Source: a virus
Taxonomy: Duplodnaviria > Heunggongvirae > Uroviricota > Caudoviricetes
IMG/VR virus record: IMGVR_UViG_3300031133_000383
Span: 186,635 to 250,634 of that record
Strand: one strand, 5' to 3'
Length of the DNA: 64,000 nt
Shown here: positions 18,469-27,488 of the stretch, in pieces
Layout: every line of letters starts with the position of its first letter
How positions within the stretch are numbered: the stretch's first letter is position 1
Notes under the pieces: generated by a model
What the model was told of the DNA's origin: nothing
What the model saw: the letters and a program-made list of their open reading frames with translations, nothing else
The model's database searches: none
Translations under genes and position numbers: made by a program

Positions 18469-19332
18469 ATGGTAGATATAAAAGTAGAACATATTCAAGA
18501 GATCTTGCATAATTTAACTGAGTTATTATCAAGTGTTACCCCAATTACACATTTCAATATTGATACCAAAACACATTTCAATATCAATAACGAGAAAAAT
18601 TATAAAGGATCTTTATACAATGGCCAAGAACGTCTTTTCAATGTTACTATTGCAAATAAGATCGACATTTTTCCTTGCTTGAAAAAAGGCAATCGTTCAT
18701 TGTTTGCTAATAAAATTTCTCAACAGCTATGTACTTTATTTAATTTTGACGCTCCCGATGTTAACCATCTTATCTCTATTATCAAAAATAATATGGAGAT
18801 TTTTCAAAACAAGGGTTATTGGTGTTCAAAAAAAATGAGTCATTCTGATATAAACTATGTTGATGTATGGGAATCTATTAAATACTCTAATCCTCCCTAT
18901 GTCAAATTTAAAAGTCAGACAATATGTAGCAGCTTTTTATCTTCAACATTAAAAGTAAATAGACTACAATCTGTACAAGTTGATATAGCTTTATTAATTA
19001 TGCCAGATAAGCTTTTATCAATAAAACACTTTATAACGGCCAAGATACCTTTTGGTAATAATTGGTATAGCTGGTATTTATTCGAACCTCACCAGCCAGA
19101 TATTTTTTATTACCTCAGAGATATCAATGTGTCATTGAAGTATGAAGATATTTTAAAGGTTTCAACGAAAATATATAGACAAGACTTGGCAGAACACATG
19201 AAACAGGTTACGTACTCACGTATGGTGCCTATTATAAAAAAACTATCGGGAATGAAACAAGAAGATGCTAGAAATTTATCAAATGAAGATAAAGATAGAT
19301 TTTTAACGCTTCAGCATATGCAATCTATTTAA
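18469..19332 (+). CDS. Hypothetical protein, C-terminal-tail paralog family
   Basis: Promoter TTTTGCTATAAT at about 18431-18442. C-terminus is ...LSNEDKDRFLTLQHMQSI. Confidence 0.7.
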   Translation: MVDIKVEHIQEILHNLTELLSSVTPITHFNIDTKTHFNINNEKNYKGSLYNGQERLFNVTIANKIDIFPCLKKGNRSLFANKISQQLCTLFNFDAPDVNHLISIIKNNMEIFQNKGYWCSKKMSHSDINYVDVWESIKYSNPPYVKFKSQTICSSFLSSTLKVNRLQSVQVDIALLIMPDKLLSIKHFITAKIPFGNNWYSWYLFEPHQPDIFYYLRDINVSLKYEDILKVSTKIYRQDLAEHMKQVTYSRMVPIIKKLSGMKQEDARNLSNEDKDRFLTLQHMQSI

Positions 19333-19348
19333 AATTAGGAATATAATC

Positions 19349-19924
19349 ATGAAAGATAGAGAACCACAGTATTATCCTGTCACCACGCCTACACTAGAAT
19401 TGATAAAATCATGTTTTACAGATTGTGAATCTTTTAACAAATTGACTGATGAACAAATTCAACATCGTGATTGTTTACGAATTGACAAGATTGAATGTGA
19501 GCATACTGAAATTATATTTCAAAGTTTTTGGTTTTTTTGGTCAAGTAATCAGTATAACGAATATTTAAATAAGCTTTTGAATTTTCCTCATTTTCCAATT
19601 GAATCTTATGCCGAAAACATTGAACATATTTTAGGCATTGAAAAAGACAGTTTCAGTACATATGATGAATCATTCTATTTTGATAAAGATGGACAATTAA
19701 AGTTGTTAAAAAACTATCATTTTATTGATGCTTATGATGAATATTCCGACGAATCAAGTCTCTTATTTTATGAAGGAATGAATGACGATGATTGCAAAAA
19801 TATGATCAATGAATTCTATTTCGATAATTATATCTGTCATCTCAAACTACCTCCTGAGCTTTATAAACCTCTTAATCAATTAAGTTCCGATGAAATTGAA
19901 GTATTGAAAATGTATATTGCTTAG
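19349..19924 (+). CDS. Hypothetical protein, C-terminal-tail paralog family
   Basis: TAGGAA RBS. C-terminus LPPELYKPLNQLSSDEIEVLKMYIA aligns with the next gene. Confidence 0.75.
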   Translation: MKDREPQYYPVTTPTLELIKSCFTDCESFNKLTDEQIQHRDCLRIDKIECEHTEIIFQSFWFFWSSNQYNEYLNKLLNFPHFPIESYAENIEHILGIEKDSFSTYDESFYFDKDGQLKLLKNYHFIDAYDEYSDESSLLFYEGMNDDDCKNMINEFYFDNYICHLKLPPELYKPLNQLSSDEIEVLKMYIA

Positions 19925-19984
19925 TAGCTATTATATTTTTTTTATGCTATAATCTAGCTTTCTAATTAAAGGATTTTTTCTATT

Positions 19985-20551
19985 ATGCTTATTACTCAAG
20001 AAATGTCACATGATATTATTTATAATTCTTTCCAAGATTTTTTTGCTGCAAATGGTTTGACTCTGAAAAGTTTTCGCTTGCAGTCTAATAATTTGGTATA
20101 TGAACAGACTTATGTAGATGGTGTGACATTGGATGAAGTTAATGCATTTAAAGTTAATCCTGCTCACCCTATGTATAAAAAATTTTTAGACCATCTTAAT
20201 TCAAATTATAATTTTGAACAGGTTCTGAAAAAAGAAATTGATGATTATGATAGCTTTTTCAATCTTGAAAATAAAGAAAAAGACTATTACAGGGAATCTT
20301 CATCTTTTATTATTGATGAAAACAGTAAAATTCGTAAAATAATTACTTTTGAGTTTATAGAACTTACCTATGGCGATGACCATATGCTGCTGGTCGAATT
20401 TGAGGGGGCACCCATGACAAACAATTATTCTAGACTTTTCAACTATTACACAGAATATTTTGTTAATAGTGATATTCCAGTTGAAATTTTTAGACCTCTC
20501 AATGAACTTTCTGCAGATGAGCGACATATATTGCGTATGATTTGTATTTAA
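19985..20551 (+). CDS. Hypothetical protein, C-terminal-tail paralog family
   Basis: Promoter TATGCTATAAT at about 19943-19953. C-terminus is IPVEIFRPLNELSADERHILRMICI. Confidence 0.75.
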   Translation: MLITQEMSHDIIYNSFQDFFAANGLTLKSFRLQSNNLVYEQTYVDGVTLDEVNAFKVNPAHPMYKKFLDHLNSNYNFEQVLKKEIDDYDSFFNLENKEKDYYRESSSFIIDENSKIRKIITFEFIELTYGDDHMLLVEFEGAPMTNNYSRLFNYYTEYFVNSDIPVEIFRPLNELSADERHILRMICI

Positions 20552-20664
20552 CTAGATTCATACCATTATAAGTAACCTGAACGATTTTGACGGTTTTACT
20601 ATTAAATATTTTATTGAAAAATTTTTTACTGCTGATGAAATTTGGATATACTTAGGAATTATTT

Positions 20665-21279
20665 ATGAAGCAAGCATTATCTTTATTTTTACAAGAAACT
20701 TTAAACAATTATGATTATCAATATTTTATTGAAGATAATGAAATTTATAGAATGCCATCGAATCAACATGGCAAGCCTTTAGATAATAACTATCAAATTA
20801 TAGGTGAATGTTTTGTTGATGAAACACATATCTATGATGAAGATGACATTTTTTATAAAAATACATTCCATTTTTATTCAAGTGCCAATAAAGAACATAA
20901 CACTATTATGCGTAATTCTGATAGCTCGGCGACTCGAAATTTATTTTTAGCTTTTGTTGATAATATGAAATTAATTTGCCCCTATGTTTTAGAAGAGCAA
21001 AAATATTCATTAACTTCTCAATATTTCAAATACTATAATGCATTTATTTTAAATAAAGATGACTTATACACGATAGCACTGCCTGTATTTTCTATTCAGA
21101 CCAAAGAAAAAAAGCTTCATTACGAGTTTACTGCTGATAAATTGCAGGATATCGACCAACAAGTAGATTTCATTCATAATCTATTTAAAACTCATTTTTT
21201 CAAAGATATTGTTGATAAAACTGTACCAGAGATGTCACAAGAAGAAAAAAATATAATTAGAATGTATTATTCAAATTAA
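20665..21279 (+). CDS. Hypothetical protein, C-terminal-tail paralog family
   Basis: TAGGAA RBS. C-terminus is ...VPEMSQEEKNIIRMYYSN. Confidence 0.7.
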   Translation: MKQALSLFLQETLNNYDYQYFIEDNEIYRMPSNQHGKPLDNNYQIIGECFVDETHIYDEDDIFYKNTFHFYSSANKEHNTIMRNSDSSATRNLFLAFVDNMKLICPYVLEEQKYSLTSQYFKYYNAFILNKDDLYTIALPVFSIQTKEKKLHYEFTADKLQDIDQQVDFIHNLFKTHFFKDIVDKTVPEMSQEEKNIIRMYYSN

Positions 21280-21293
21280 TGTGAGGATCTTTA

Positions 21294-22163
21294 ATGTATT
21301 TTGTAAAAAAATTTAAACACATTTATTATCAAAAATTTAAAAAAATGGGATTTGATTTTAATAATCCCATCTGTCGGCAAGATAAAATAAATAATTATAT
21401 TGTTGATATATATGAATTTATCAATGAAGATGCAGAAGAGTATATTACAGTCAAAGATTTTTATACTTTTAATAATATAGATAATATGTTAATGCATAAT
21501 CATTATTTTGAAATCAATTTTGATAATGATAACACTATTGAATATAAACAAAAACGATTTTGCAGTATTCTCAAAAATTGCTTAGGTGTAGATACTGACG
21601 GTGTTGAACTCATTGTTAATTCATTTATTGATTCGCTTTGCACATTGGGCATTATCAAAAAGAATACAAACTACAAAGATTTCTCAATTACTCAAATTTT
21701 CGATGTGAATGATATAAATTTTAGTATTCATAATGAAAACACGATAGAAATTAAAAATATAGAATTCAATAAAGTTTTAGATGATATAGCCGTTTTATCA
21801 AAAGGAAATTTTAAAAATATAACACTTGAAAACTTTGCTATCAACTTCAATATTGTTTTTAAAATAAAATCAACAAACTCTCAGTGGAGTCTGGTTCCAT
21901 CTACGACATTTATTGTTCCATTATTGGATGACATCTGTTTTTTAACGCTTTTAGAAGATACTCATGGTAGCAAAAAACCTGTTATTAAAACAAATAACAA
22001 CTATTATTTAATTGAAGAAAATAAGGCCCCAATAGACCTTATTCAATCACTGGTTAACGTGAAATTTAACGAGTATTTCAAAAACCAAGAAATAGATTTA
22101 CATACACTTACCTATCGGCAACTATCTCAATTCATAGAAATAAATGAGATGTTGGACGACTGA
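21294..22163 (+). CDS. Hypothetical protein, C-terminal-tail paralog family
   Basis: GAGGA RBS. C-terminus is ...LTYRQLSQFIEINEMLDD. Confidence 0.7.
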   Translation: MYFVKKFKHIYYQKFKKMGFDFNNPICRQDKINNYIVDIYEFINEDAEEYITVKDFYTFNNIDNMLMHNHYFEINFDNDNTIEYKQKRFCSILKNCLGVDTDGVELIVNSFIDSLCTLGIIKKNTNYKDFSITQIFDVNDINFSIHNENTIEIKNIEFNKVLDDIAVLSKGNFKNITLENFAINFNIVFKIKSTNSQWSLVPSTTFIVPLLDDICFLTLLEDTHGSKKPVIKTNNNYYLIEENKAPIDLIQSLVNVKFNEYFKNQEIDLHTLTYRQLSQFIEINEMLDD

Positions 22164-22203
22164 TTTCTGATTTAAATACAGAAAATAGGCTATTCTTTTA
22201 TGG

Positions 22204-23364
22204 TTATATTTTCTTGATTATTTTTTGATTGTTTTTATTTAATACATATTCCATCATTCCAGATTCAGCATATTTTTTACTTTCATTTTCGCCTACAACA
22301 ATAATATCAGGAATTCCTTTATTTTTCCAATTTCTTATTTTTTTTCCTAAAGATTCAGAACTTTCATCTAGCTTACATGATTTTTTATCAAATTTTGAAT
22401 GAAGTAGCTTTGCGTAGTCGGATGATTTTTCAGAAACGGGTATGATTACTGATTTTATTGGATGCAAAAAATCTGGTATATCTTTCCCAAAAGATTCCAA
22501 CAAAATACCAATCATTCTTTCTAGAGATCCAAGAACAGCATGATGCAATATAATAGGACGTTGCATTTTATTATCAGAATCAACATATTCAAGTCCAAAT
22601 CTTTCTGGTAATACATAGTCCAACTGTATAACACCCAATTGCCAAGAACGACCTAGTTTATCTTCCACCTGAAGCTCTAGTTTTGGACCATAAAAAGCCC
22701 CCTCTCCCGGCAATTCTTGAAAATCAAGGTTGTTCATGGCACAAGCTTCACGCAAGGCGGCTTCAGCCTTATCCCAAAGACTATCTTCACCAAACCTTTT
22801 TTCTGGTCTGAGAGCAATCGCATATTTTATTTTTTTGAATCCTAGTTCTTCATAGGCTTTCTTGCTCATATTGATATATTGATTAACTGAATTAATGAGA
22901 TTTTCTGGATTAACAAACACATGACTGTCATCCTGACAAAATTGTCGCTGTCTGAACAATACCTGCAAAGCTCCTGATGCTTCATTACGATACACTTCAC
23001 CAAATTCAAAAATGGGTAAAGGTAATTCTTTATAACTACGTTTTTCGGATTGATAAATTAAAATGTGATTTGGACAACTCATAGGACGCAGTGCATAATT
23101 ACTAGCTTCTGATGAATTCAAGAAAAACATGTTTTCTTTATATTTTTCCATATGGCCTGATTGTTCAAATAAATTAGCTACCACAATTGAAGGACTTTTA
23201 ACTTCAAGATAACCATTATCTTCATGATGTTTTCTAATAAAAGATTTTAGATTTTCATAAAGCTTTAATCCTTCTGGTTTCCAATAAACAACACCTGCAC
23301 TTTCACTTAACATGAAAAGATTCATTTCATTTGCCACTTGCATATATCTTTTTTCTTCATTCAT
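22204..23364 (-). CDS. thrS: Threonyl-tRNA synthetase, catalytic plus anticodon-binding domains only (no TGS or editing N-terminus)
   Basis: Class II motifs RPMSCPNHILIYQSEKRSYKELPLPIFEFGEVYRNEASGALQVLFRQRQFCQDDSHVF resemble E. coli ThrRS LKPMNCPGHVQIF...RVRGFTQDDAHIF. ATG 23364 lies 8 nt after AGGAG. The track start at 23469 reads through the attenuator hairpin. Confidence 0.85.
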   Translation of the reverse strand: MNEEKRYMQVANEMNLFMLSESAGVVYWKPEGLKLYENLKSFIRKHHEDNGYLEVKSPSIVVANLFEQSGHMEKYKENMFFLNSSEASNYALRPMSCPNHILIYQSEKRSYKELPLPIFEFGEVYRNEASGALQVLFRQRQFCQDDSHVFVNPENLINSVNQYINMSKKAYEELGFKKIKYAIALRPEKRFGEDSLWDKAEAALREACAMNNLDFQELPGEGAFYGPKLELQVEDKLGRSWQLGVIQLDYVLPERFGLEYVDSDNKMQRPIILHHAVLGSLERMIGILLESFGKDIPDFLHPIKSVIIPVSEKSSDYAKLLHSKFDKKSCKLDESSESLGKKIRNWKNKGIPDIIVVGENESKKYAESGMMEYVLNKNNQKIIKKI

Positions 23365-23411
23365 TTTATTTCTCCTAGATAATTGATTATATTTTATTAA
23401 AATTAAGGCAT

Positions 23412-23437
23412 AAAAAAACCCAGCATTTAGCTGGGTT
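23412..23437 (-). terminator. Attenuator terminator of the thrS leader
   Basis: Minus-strand RNA AACCCAGC-UAAAU-GCUGGGUU followed by U-run (7 consecutive U in total), 47 nt upstream of the thrS ATG. Confidence 0.75.
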
Positions 23438-23459
23438 CTTGGTGTGCAGGTATCAATTA

Positions 23460-23534
23460 TTAACGACAATACCTCACCAGCCCAGCTTCGATCTGAGTTG
23501 TTGTGGTAGTTGTTGTATTCTTGACTATGTGCAT
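23460..23534 (-). CDS. thrS leader peptide MHIVKNTTTTTTTQIEAGLVRYCR (24 codons, 7 consecutive Thr codons)
   Basis: ATG 23534 lies 8 nt after AAGGA. Thr codons ACA ACA ACU ACC ACA ACA ACU map to 23516-23496. Tandem stops UAA UAA. The last codons form the left arm of the antiterminator. Confidence 0.75.
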   Translation of the reverse strand: MHIVKNTTTTTTTQIEAGLVRYCR

Positions 23535-23553
23535 TATATTTATCCTTTTTTAC

Positions 23554-23582
23554 ATTTTAATTTGAATTCTAAAATAAGTCAA
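23554..23582 (-). promoter_or_regulatory. Putative sigma70 promoter of the thrS leader
   Basis: Minus strand: TTGACT (rc 23577-23582), 17-nt spacer, TAAAAT (rc 23554-23559). This predicts a very short 5' UTR, so the TSS is uncertain. Confidence 0.5.
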
Positions 23583-23657
23583 GTGTTTTGAATGTATAGA
23601 GATCTCATTGATTTTAGTTTTTGATTTGTTAACCTATTAAAAGAACAGGAGATGTAT

Positions 23658-24179
23658 ATGCCAGACAAACCACTACTTTGTTTTACTGAGTTTAATCCAG
23701 ATTTTATTCAAAAAGCTGATACAATTGTTAAAAAATATTGGTCTGGTGATTTTGATCCTGATCCTTATCAAGAAGGATTTATTGCTGTTCCAAATTTATT
23801 TTCATTTTATTTCTGTGCTGATGAAGGTTATAATAATTTAAAACCCGAAGTTATCTATAAGACTAGGTTTCCTTACTTATCCGAAGACGAAAATGAAGAC
23901 AATTTAGATTTTGATAGTTCAAAAATACATTGTGCTATTTTTTTTCAATGCTCCAATAATGTAAATGTTTCATTGGCTAATTTATTTGAAACTTTACTTC
24001 CAAACTACATCTTTGAAGTGGATGATGGAGCTTTTGTAGTGTCTCCTGATGAGAACCAGCATATTACTTTATTGGAAATTATGTCTTTGCTGACGGCAAG
24101 AGGCTTTATTTATGACAAAGAAAATTGTGACTTTAAAAAGTTTTTTAAAGATTTAGTGGTAATCAAAAGACCTGTATAA
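23658..24179 (+). CDS. Hypothetical protein
   Basis: ATG 23658 lies 6 nt after AGGAG. ATG 23652 abuts the SD. Confidence 0.65.
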   Translation: MPDKPLLCFTEFNPDFIQKADTIVKKYWSGDFDPDPYQEGFIAVPNLFSFYFCADEGYNNLKPEVIYKTRFPYLSEDENEDNLDFDSSKIHCAIFFQCSNNVNVSLANLFETLLPNYIFEVDDGAFVVSPDENQHITLLEIMSLLTARGFIYDKENCDFKKFFKDLVVIKRPV

Positions 24180-24197
24180 TGATTCATCATGAGATGT

Positions 24198-24929
24198 CTA
24201 GTAAACTTCCATTTCTTTTGTAAGCGTATAACTATGTAGATGTTTGAACTCTGATTTCAAAATATCATCTAAAAAAGAGTCCATTGAAAAATCAACTTCT
24301 TCTGATGAGGCTGTTATGCTCAGTTGTATTAATGCACTTAATTGTTCTTTGTCCAAATTTTGTAATATTTCTTCATTATTATTATTGCTGCCTAATTTGG
24401 CGGCATATATCTGATTTTCGTTATTGTCCATGTCTAAGAGAATATAAGCATAGTTGGCTTCATGATTGTTGAATACAAAAGCAACTTCTACACCTCTTTC
24501 ACGAAAATCAATTGTTAGCATGATTGGACGGGTATACCATGTAATGCTGATATTTTTTAATTGTGGATTGCACATAACTGTGATTTCGCCAGTTTGATCC
24601 TGTTTTGGAATTAATTTACTTGGATCAATATCTTCATTTAATAAGTATCTATTAAAAAAATTACACAGAAAGGATTGATACACTTTATTATTTGGTTTTG
24701 AATTCTTTATTATTTTATATTCATCTCTATATTCAAAGAAATACCCATCAACTTCATTTGTATATTTTTCGTATACAGCAAAAATTACAGAATCTTTATT
24801 AGCATCTTGTTTGGAGAGTGTATTGACTGTTTCAAAAGAGATATTGAAAATTTCTCTAATTTTATTATTCAATCCACCAATATAATTAATTAAAAGTTCA
24901 TTTTTATTCTCTAAAATAACACGTTGCAT
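24198..24929 (-). CDS. Hypothetical protein
   Basis: ATG 24929 follows AGGAAG. The TTG at 24986 used in the ORF track is an alternative start. Confidence 0.55.
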   Translation of the reverse strand: MQRVILENKNELLINYIGGLNNKIREIFNISFETVNTLSKQDANKDSVIFAVYEKYTNEVDGYFFEYRDEYKIIKNSKPNNKVYQSFLCNFFNRYLLNEDIDPSKLIPKQDQTGEITVMCNPQLKNISITWYTRPIMLTIDFRERGVEVAFVFNNHEANYAYILLDMDNNENQIYAAKLGSNNNNEEILQNLDKEQLSALIQLSITASSEEVDFSMDSFLDDILKSEFKHLHSYTLTKEMEVY

Positions 24930-25010
24930 ATTGCTTCCTATTTGGGTGACATACGTATCGGCATGAATAACAAGAGAATTGATCAAAAGATCCTAAATAA
25001 AAGAAACCAA

Positions 25011-26108
25011 CTATTTGGCTTCTTTTAAATTGATCAACAATTCCATTGCTTGCTCTCGATGTTCAACAACAAAACTCTCATAGTCTTGAACAATGATTTT
25101 TAATTCATTGAGATAATCACGAATTGCTTCTTTTTCAAGCTCCGGCTTGAACTTTAACAATTGACTTCCACCAAAGAATTGTTTAACAACCTTACGCCTT
25201 TCAAGAACACTCCATGTTGCGGTTTCACTTTCTTTGAATAGAGGAAAGAGTTCATAGACCCTTTCTTTCCATTGAGCATTATTCAAAGGTGTCTTATTAT
25301 TGAAGTAGTGTTCAGCATTTTTGATTTCAATCCATTTCAGAAAACCATTATACGTAGGACGTTTACGATCTCGGGTTCTTTGTGTATGATTTCGATTTTC
25401 AAACGCATACAACTCTGGATTAAAGAATCTACTTGATGCCGCATACTCATAAACATCTTCCAGTGTATTAAAACCTTTGTGATAACGTTCAATATCATAA
25501 CCAAAGAAATCAAGAGCCAAATCCCAATCATTAGTGAGAACAATGCTTTCAAACAGATTGTCACCATCTCGAAACAAGAAACGCAGACCATCATGACCAT
25601 ATTTCAAGAAACCATTAGAGCTTGCAACAACACCCACTAGATTACCCAAATCATTCCAGTTCAAATAAGAAGAATGAAATTGATAATAATCACGCTCAGA
25701 TGCAATGAGATCAAGCTGAAAGTACACATCAGGCTCATCAGAAGGCAGTCCAATACTGATTACCATATCTTTCTTGTCTTTTGGTTTGTAAGGTAGATGG
25801 CCTTTATGCTCAAATTCAATACGAAGTAATTCCATCAGTTCTTGATAACTGACAAAATCGAAGAGTTCACCATCAACCAGCAAGTCAAGATCACCAAAGG
25901 TTTCCTTTTGACGATAAGCCTTTACTTCATGGGGAGCATCAATAATTTGAGCACCCATAGCATTGGCTTTTGAAATAGCAGCATTTAATACATTGACCAC
26001 TTTTGCAGTCAAACTATCAAAATCTTTTTTGTGAAGACGTTTAGATTGAACGCCAACTCGTTCAGGATTACTGTTCACAATTGCAAGAGCCAATGCATTA
26101 CCACCCAT
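25011..26108 (-). CDS. Hypothetical protein; possible Pol-beta-type nucleotidyltransferase fold
   Basis: AAGGAG RBS; 365 aa. The only hint is KETFGDLDLLVDG (GDxD-like) about 70 aa from the N-terminus. Weak. Confidence 0.3.
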   Translation of the reverse strand: MGGNALALAIVNSNPERVGVQSKRLHKKDFDSLTAKVVNVLNAAISKANAMGAQIIDAPHEVKAYRQKETFGDLDLLVDGELFDFVSYQELMELLRIEFEHKGHLPYKPKDKKDMVISIGLPSDEPDVYFQLDLIASERDYYQFHSSYLNWNDLGNLVGVVASSNGFLKYGHDGLRFLFRDGDNLFESIVLTNDWDLALDFFGYDIERYHKGFNTLEDVYEYAASSRFFNPELYAFENRNHTQRTRDRKRPTYNGFLKWIEIKNAEHYFNNKTPLNNAQWKERVYELFPLFKESETATWSVLERRKVVKQFFGGSQLLKFKPELEKEAIRDYLNELKIIVQDYESFVVEHREQAMELLINLKEAK

Positions 26109-26206
26109 GATGAAACTCCTTTAAAAAATAGTGACTTATTATACCATAATATAATTAAAAGAGCAAAGATTTATAAAGGCATTTAATAGTCATTTTTAAT
26201 ATTATC

Positions 26207-26983
26207 TCAATAATTTTTGATGAAATTTTCAATAAAATATTGATTCTTTGTCAACTCTTTATTGATGGTAATATTTTTATTTTTGGCAATGTAAAATTCA
26301 AAAGCCATTTTGTAAGCTGTTTCATTCATTTCAATAGCTTCATAGATATCTACAAAATGTTTTTTAGGTTCAATGTCATATTTCTTATGATAATGACGGC
26401 AAACATCCATCATGTATTCAAAAAATCCACTGTACAACATCCTAAACAATTCAGAAATCTCACCATCATCTTTATTTTCATACAAATCATTTGATTCAGC
26501 GACTTCATTTGCCCATAACCATTTATGTTCACCTGAAAAAGCTTCGTGGTTTCTGGTTTGTTCTTGAGTGAACTCAGTTAATGCTTCTTTATAATGAGTG
26601 TAACAAAAATAGGTAGACGAAATATTATGGGCCACACCGGCAGCTTCACAAACAGAACATTTGGTTAATCTGACAAACTCTTTCTCTTTCTTCATACCAC
26701 AGTGCTTACACTTGCCCATCGTTGAGTAGTCACCAAAACGTTTAAATGAGTGATTACAATTTTGATAATGTTGATAAATGCCCCATGCTTTATTTTCAGC
26801 AGATTTAATATCCGTGCCTTCACCTCGGATGTAAGAAATACCTTCGATAAAGACTTCAAAGAACGTCAGTTCACCCATACCATCAATGGAACCACCACCC
26901 GCTTGTGATCTAGCAGTATCAGGCCATTGATTAATAGTTTCATACACGAACTCATTGTTGATTAAACCTGTTCTAATTTTCAT
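26207..26983 (-). CDS. Hypothetical Cys/His-rich (zinc-ribbon-like) protein
   Basis: 258 aa with CNHSFKRFGDYSTMGKCKHCGMKK...KCSVCEAAGVAHN..FCYTHY. Promoter is TTGATA, 17-nt spacer, TAAAAT, formed by the 18-bp direct repeat at 27000-27036. Confidence 0.6.
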   Translation of the reverse strand: MKIRTGLINNEFVYETINQWPDTARSQAGGGSIDGMGELTFFEVFIEGISYIRGEGTDIKSAENKAWGIYQHYQNCNHSFKRFGDYSTMGKCKHCGMKKEKEFVRLTKCSVCEAAGVAHNISSTYFCYTHYKEALTEFTQEQTRNHEAFSGEHKWLWANEVAESNDLYENKDDGEISELFRMLYSGFFEYMMDVCRHYHKKYDIEPKKHFVDIYEAIEMNETAYKMAFEFYIAKNKNITINKELTKNQYFIENFIKNY

Positions 26984-27100
26984 TTAATATTCTCTTCAAA
27001 TTTTCAATATTTTATCATATTTTCAATATTTTATCAAACTTCTTTAAGATTGACAAATTCACGTTTTTTGCTATAGTTGGACAACTACATTGGAGGCAAG

Positions 27101-27436
27101 ATGGCTGACACATTGGCGGTTGAACAAGCAGAGAGTGATTTGGTAGATATCTTTGAAAAAGAAGTTGATATCATTTTAGACGCACTAGGTCATCCCGAAG
27201 CACTGGTTACAGATGAATCAGAAGTAGGTGATTTTCTTATCATGATCTTTATCGAGCCAAAAACTGCCGATGATTTTAAAGAGATGAATAAAATATCAGA
27301 ATACAATAAATTGTCACTTGATCATCTTCAATCTACTTTCAACTCGGTGTGTGAAGTGAAAGCAACATCGTTGATTGGAGAACTCGCTCAACAGCTTTAT
27401 TTTCATAACGCCTCAAAGATAAGAACACTTCATTAG
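27101..27436 (+). CDS. Small acidic hypothetical protein
   Basis: ATG 27101 follows GGAGG. The track start at 27077 lies inside the promoter (TTGACA, 17-nt spacer, TGcTATAGT). Confidence 0.6.
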   Translation: MADTLAVEQAESDLVDIFEKEVDIILDALGHPEALVTDESEVGDFLIMIFIEPKTADDFKEMNKISEYNKLSLDHLQSTFNSVCEVKATSLIGELAQQLYFHNASKIRTLH

Positions 27437-27488
27437 TGGTTGATTGCTTTTAAATATTATGATATGATAGCTCATATTTTTAGAGATC

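Noticed and set aside
22204-23469. The 421-aa version of the thrS ORF given in the ORF track (start 23469).
   Set aside because: The extra 35 codons (MSLIIDTCTPRTQLNAGFFYALILIKYNQLSRRNK) read straight through the attenuator terminator hairpin and U-run. They have no RBS. ATG 23364 has AGGAG 8 nt upstream and begins at the conserved catalytic core.
23365-23651. T-box riboswitches upstream of thrS, and likewise upstream of tyrS (56220-56415) and serS (44058-44105).
   Set aside because: I could not find a T-box consensus (AAUUAGGGUGGUACCGCG-like), a specifier loop or a stem I. The leaders are too short; the serS leader is only 48 nt. The leader-peptide and anti-SD explanations fit the sequence better.
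27000-27036. Two perfect 18-bp direct repeats (ATTTTCAATATTTTATCA) spaced 1 nt apart, considered as a possible operator or iteron.
   Set aside because: Read on the minus strand, the duplication itself supplies the -35 (TTGATA) and, 17 nt later, the -10 (TAAAAT) of the promoter for gene 26207-26983. A promoter built by duplication is the simpler explanation. A regulator-binding role is not excluded.
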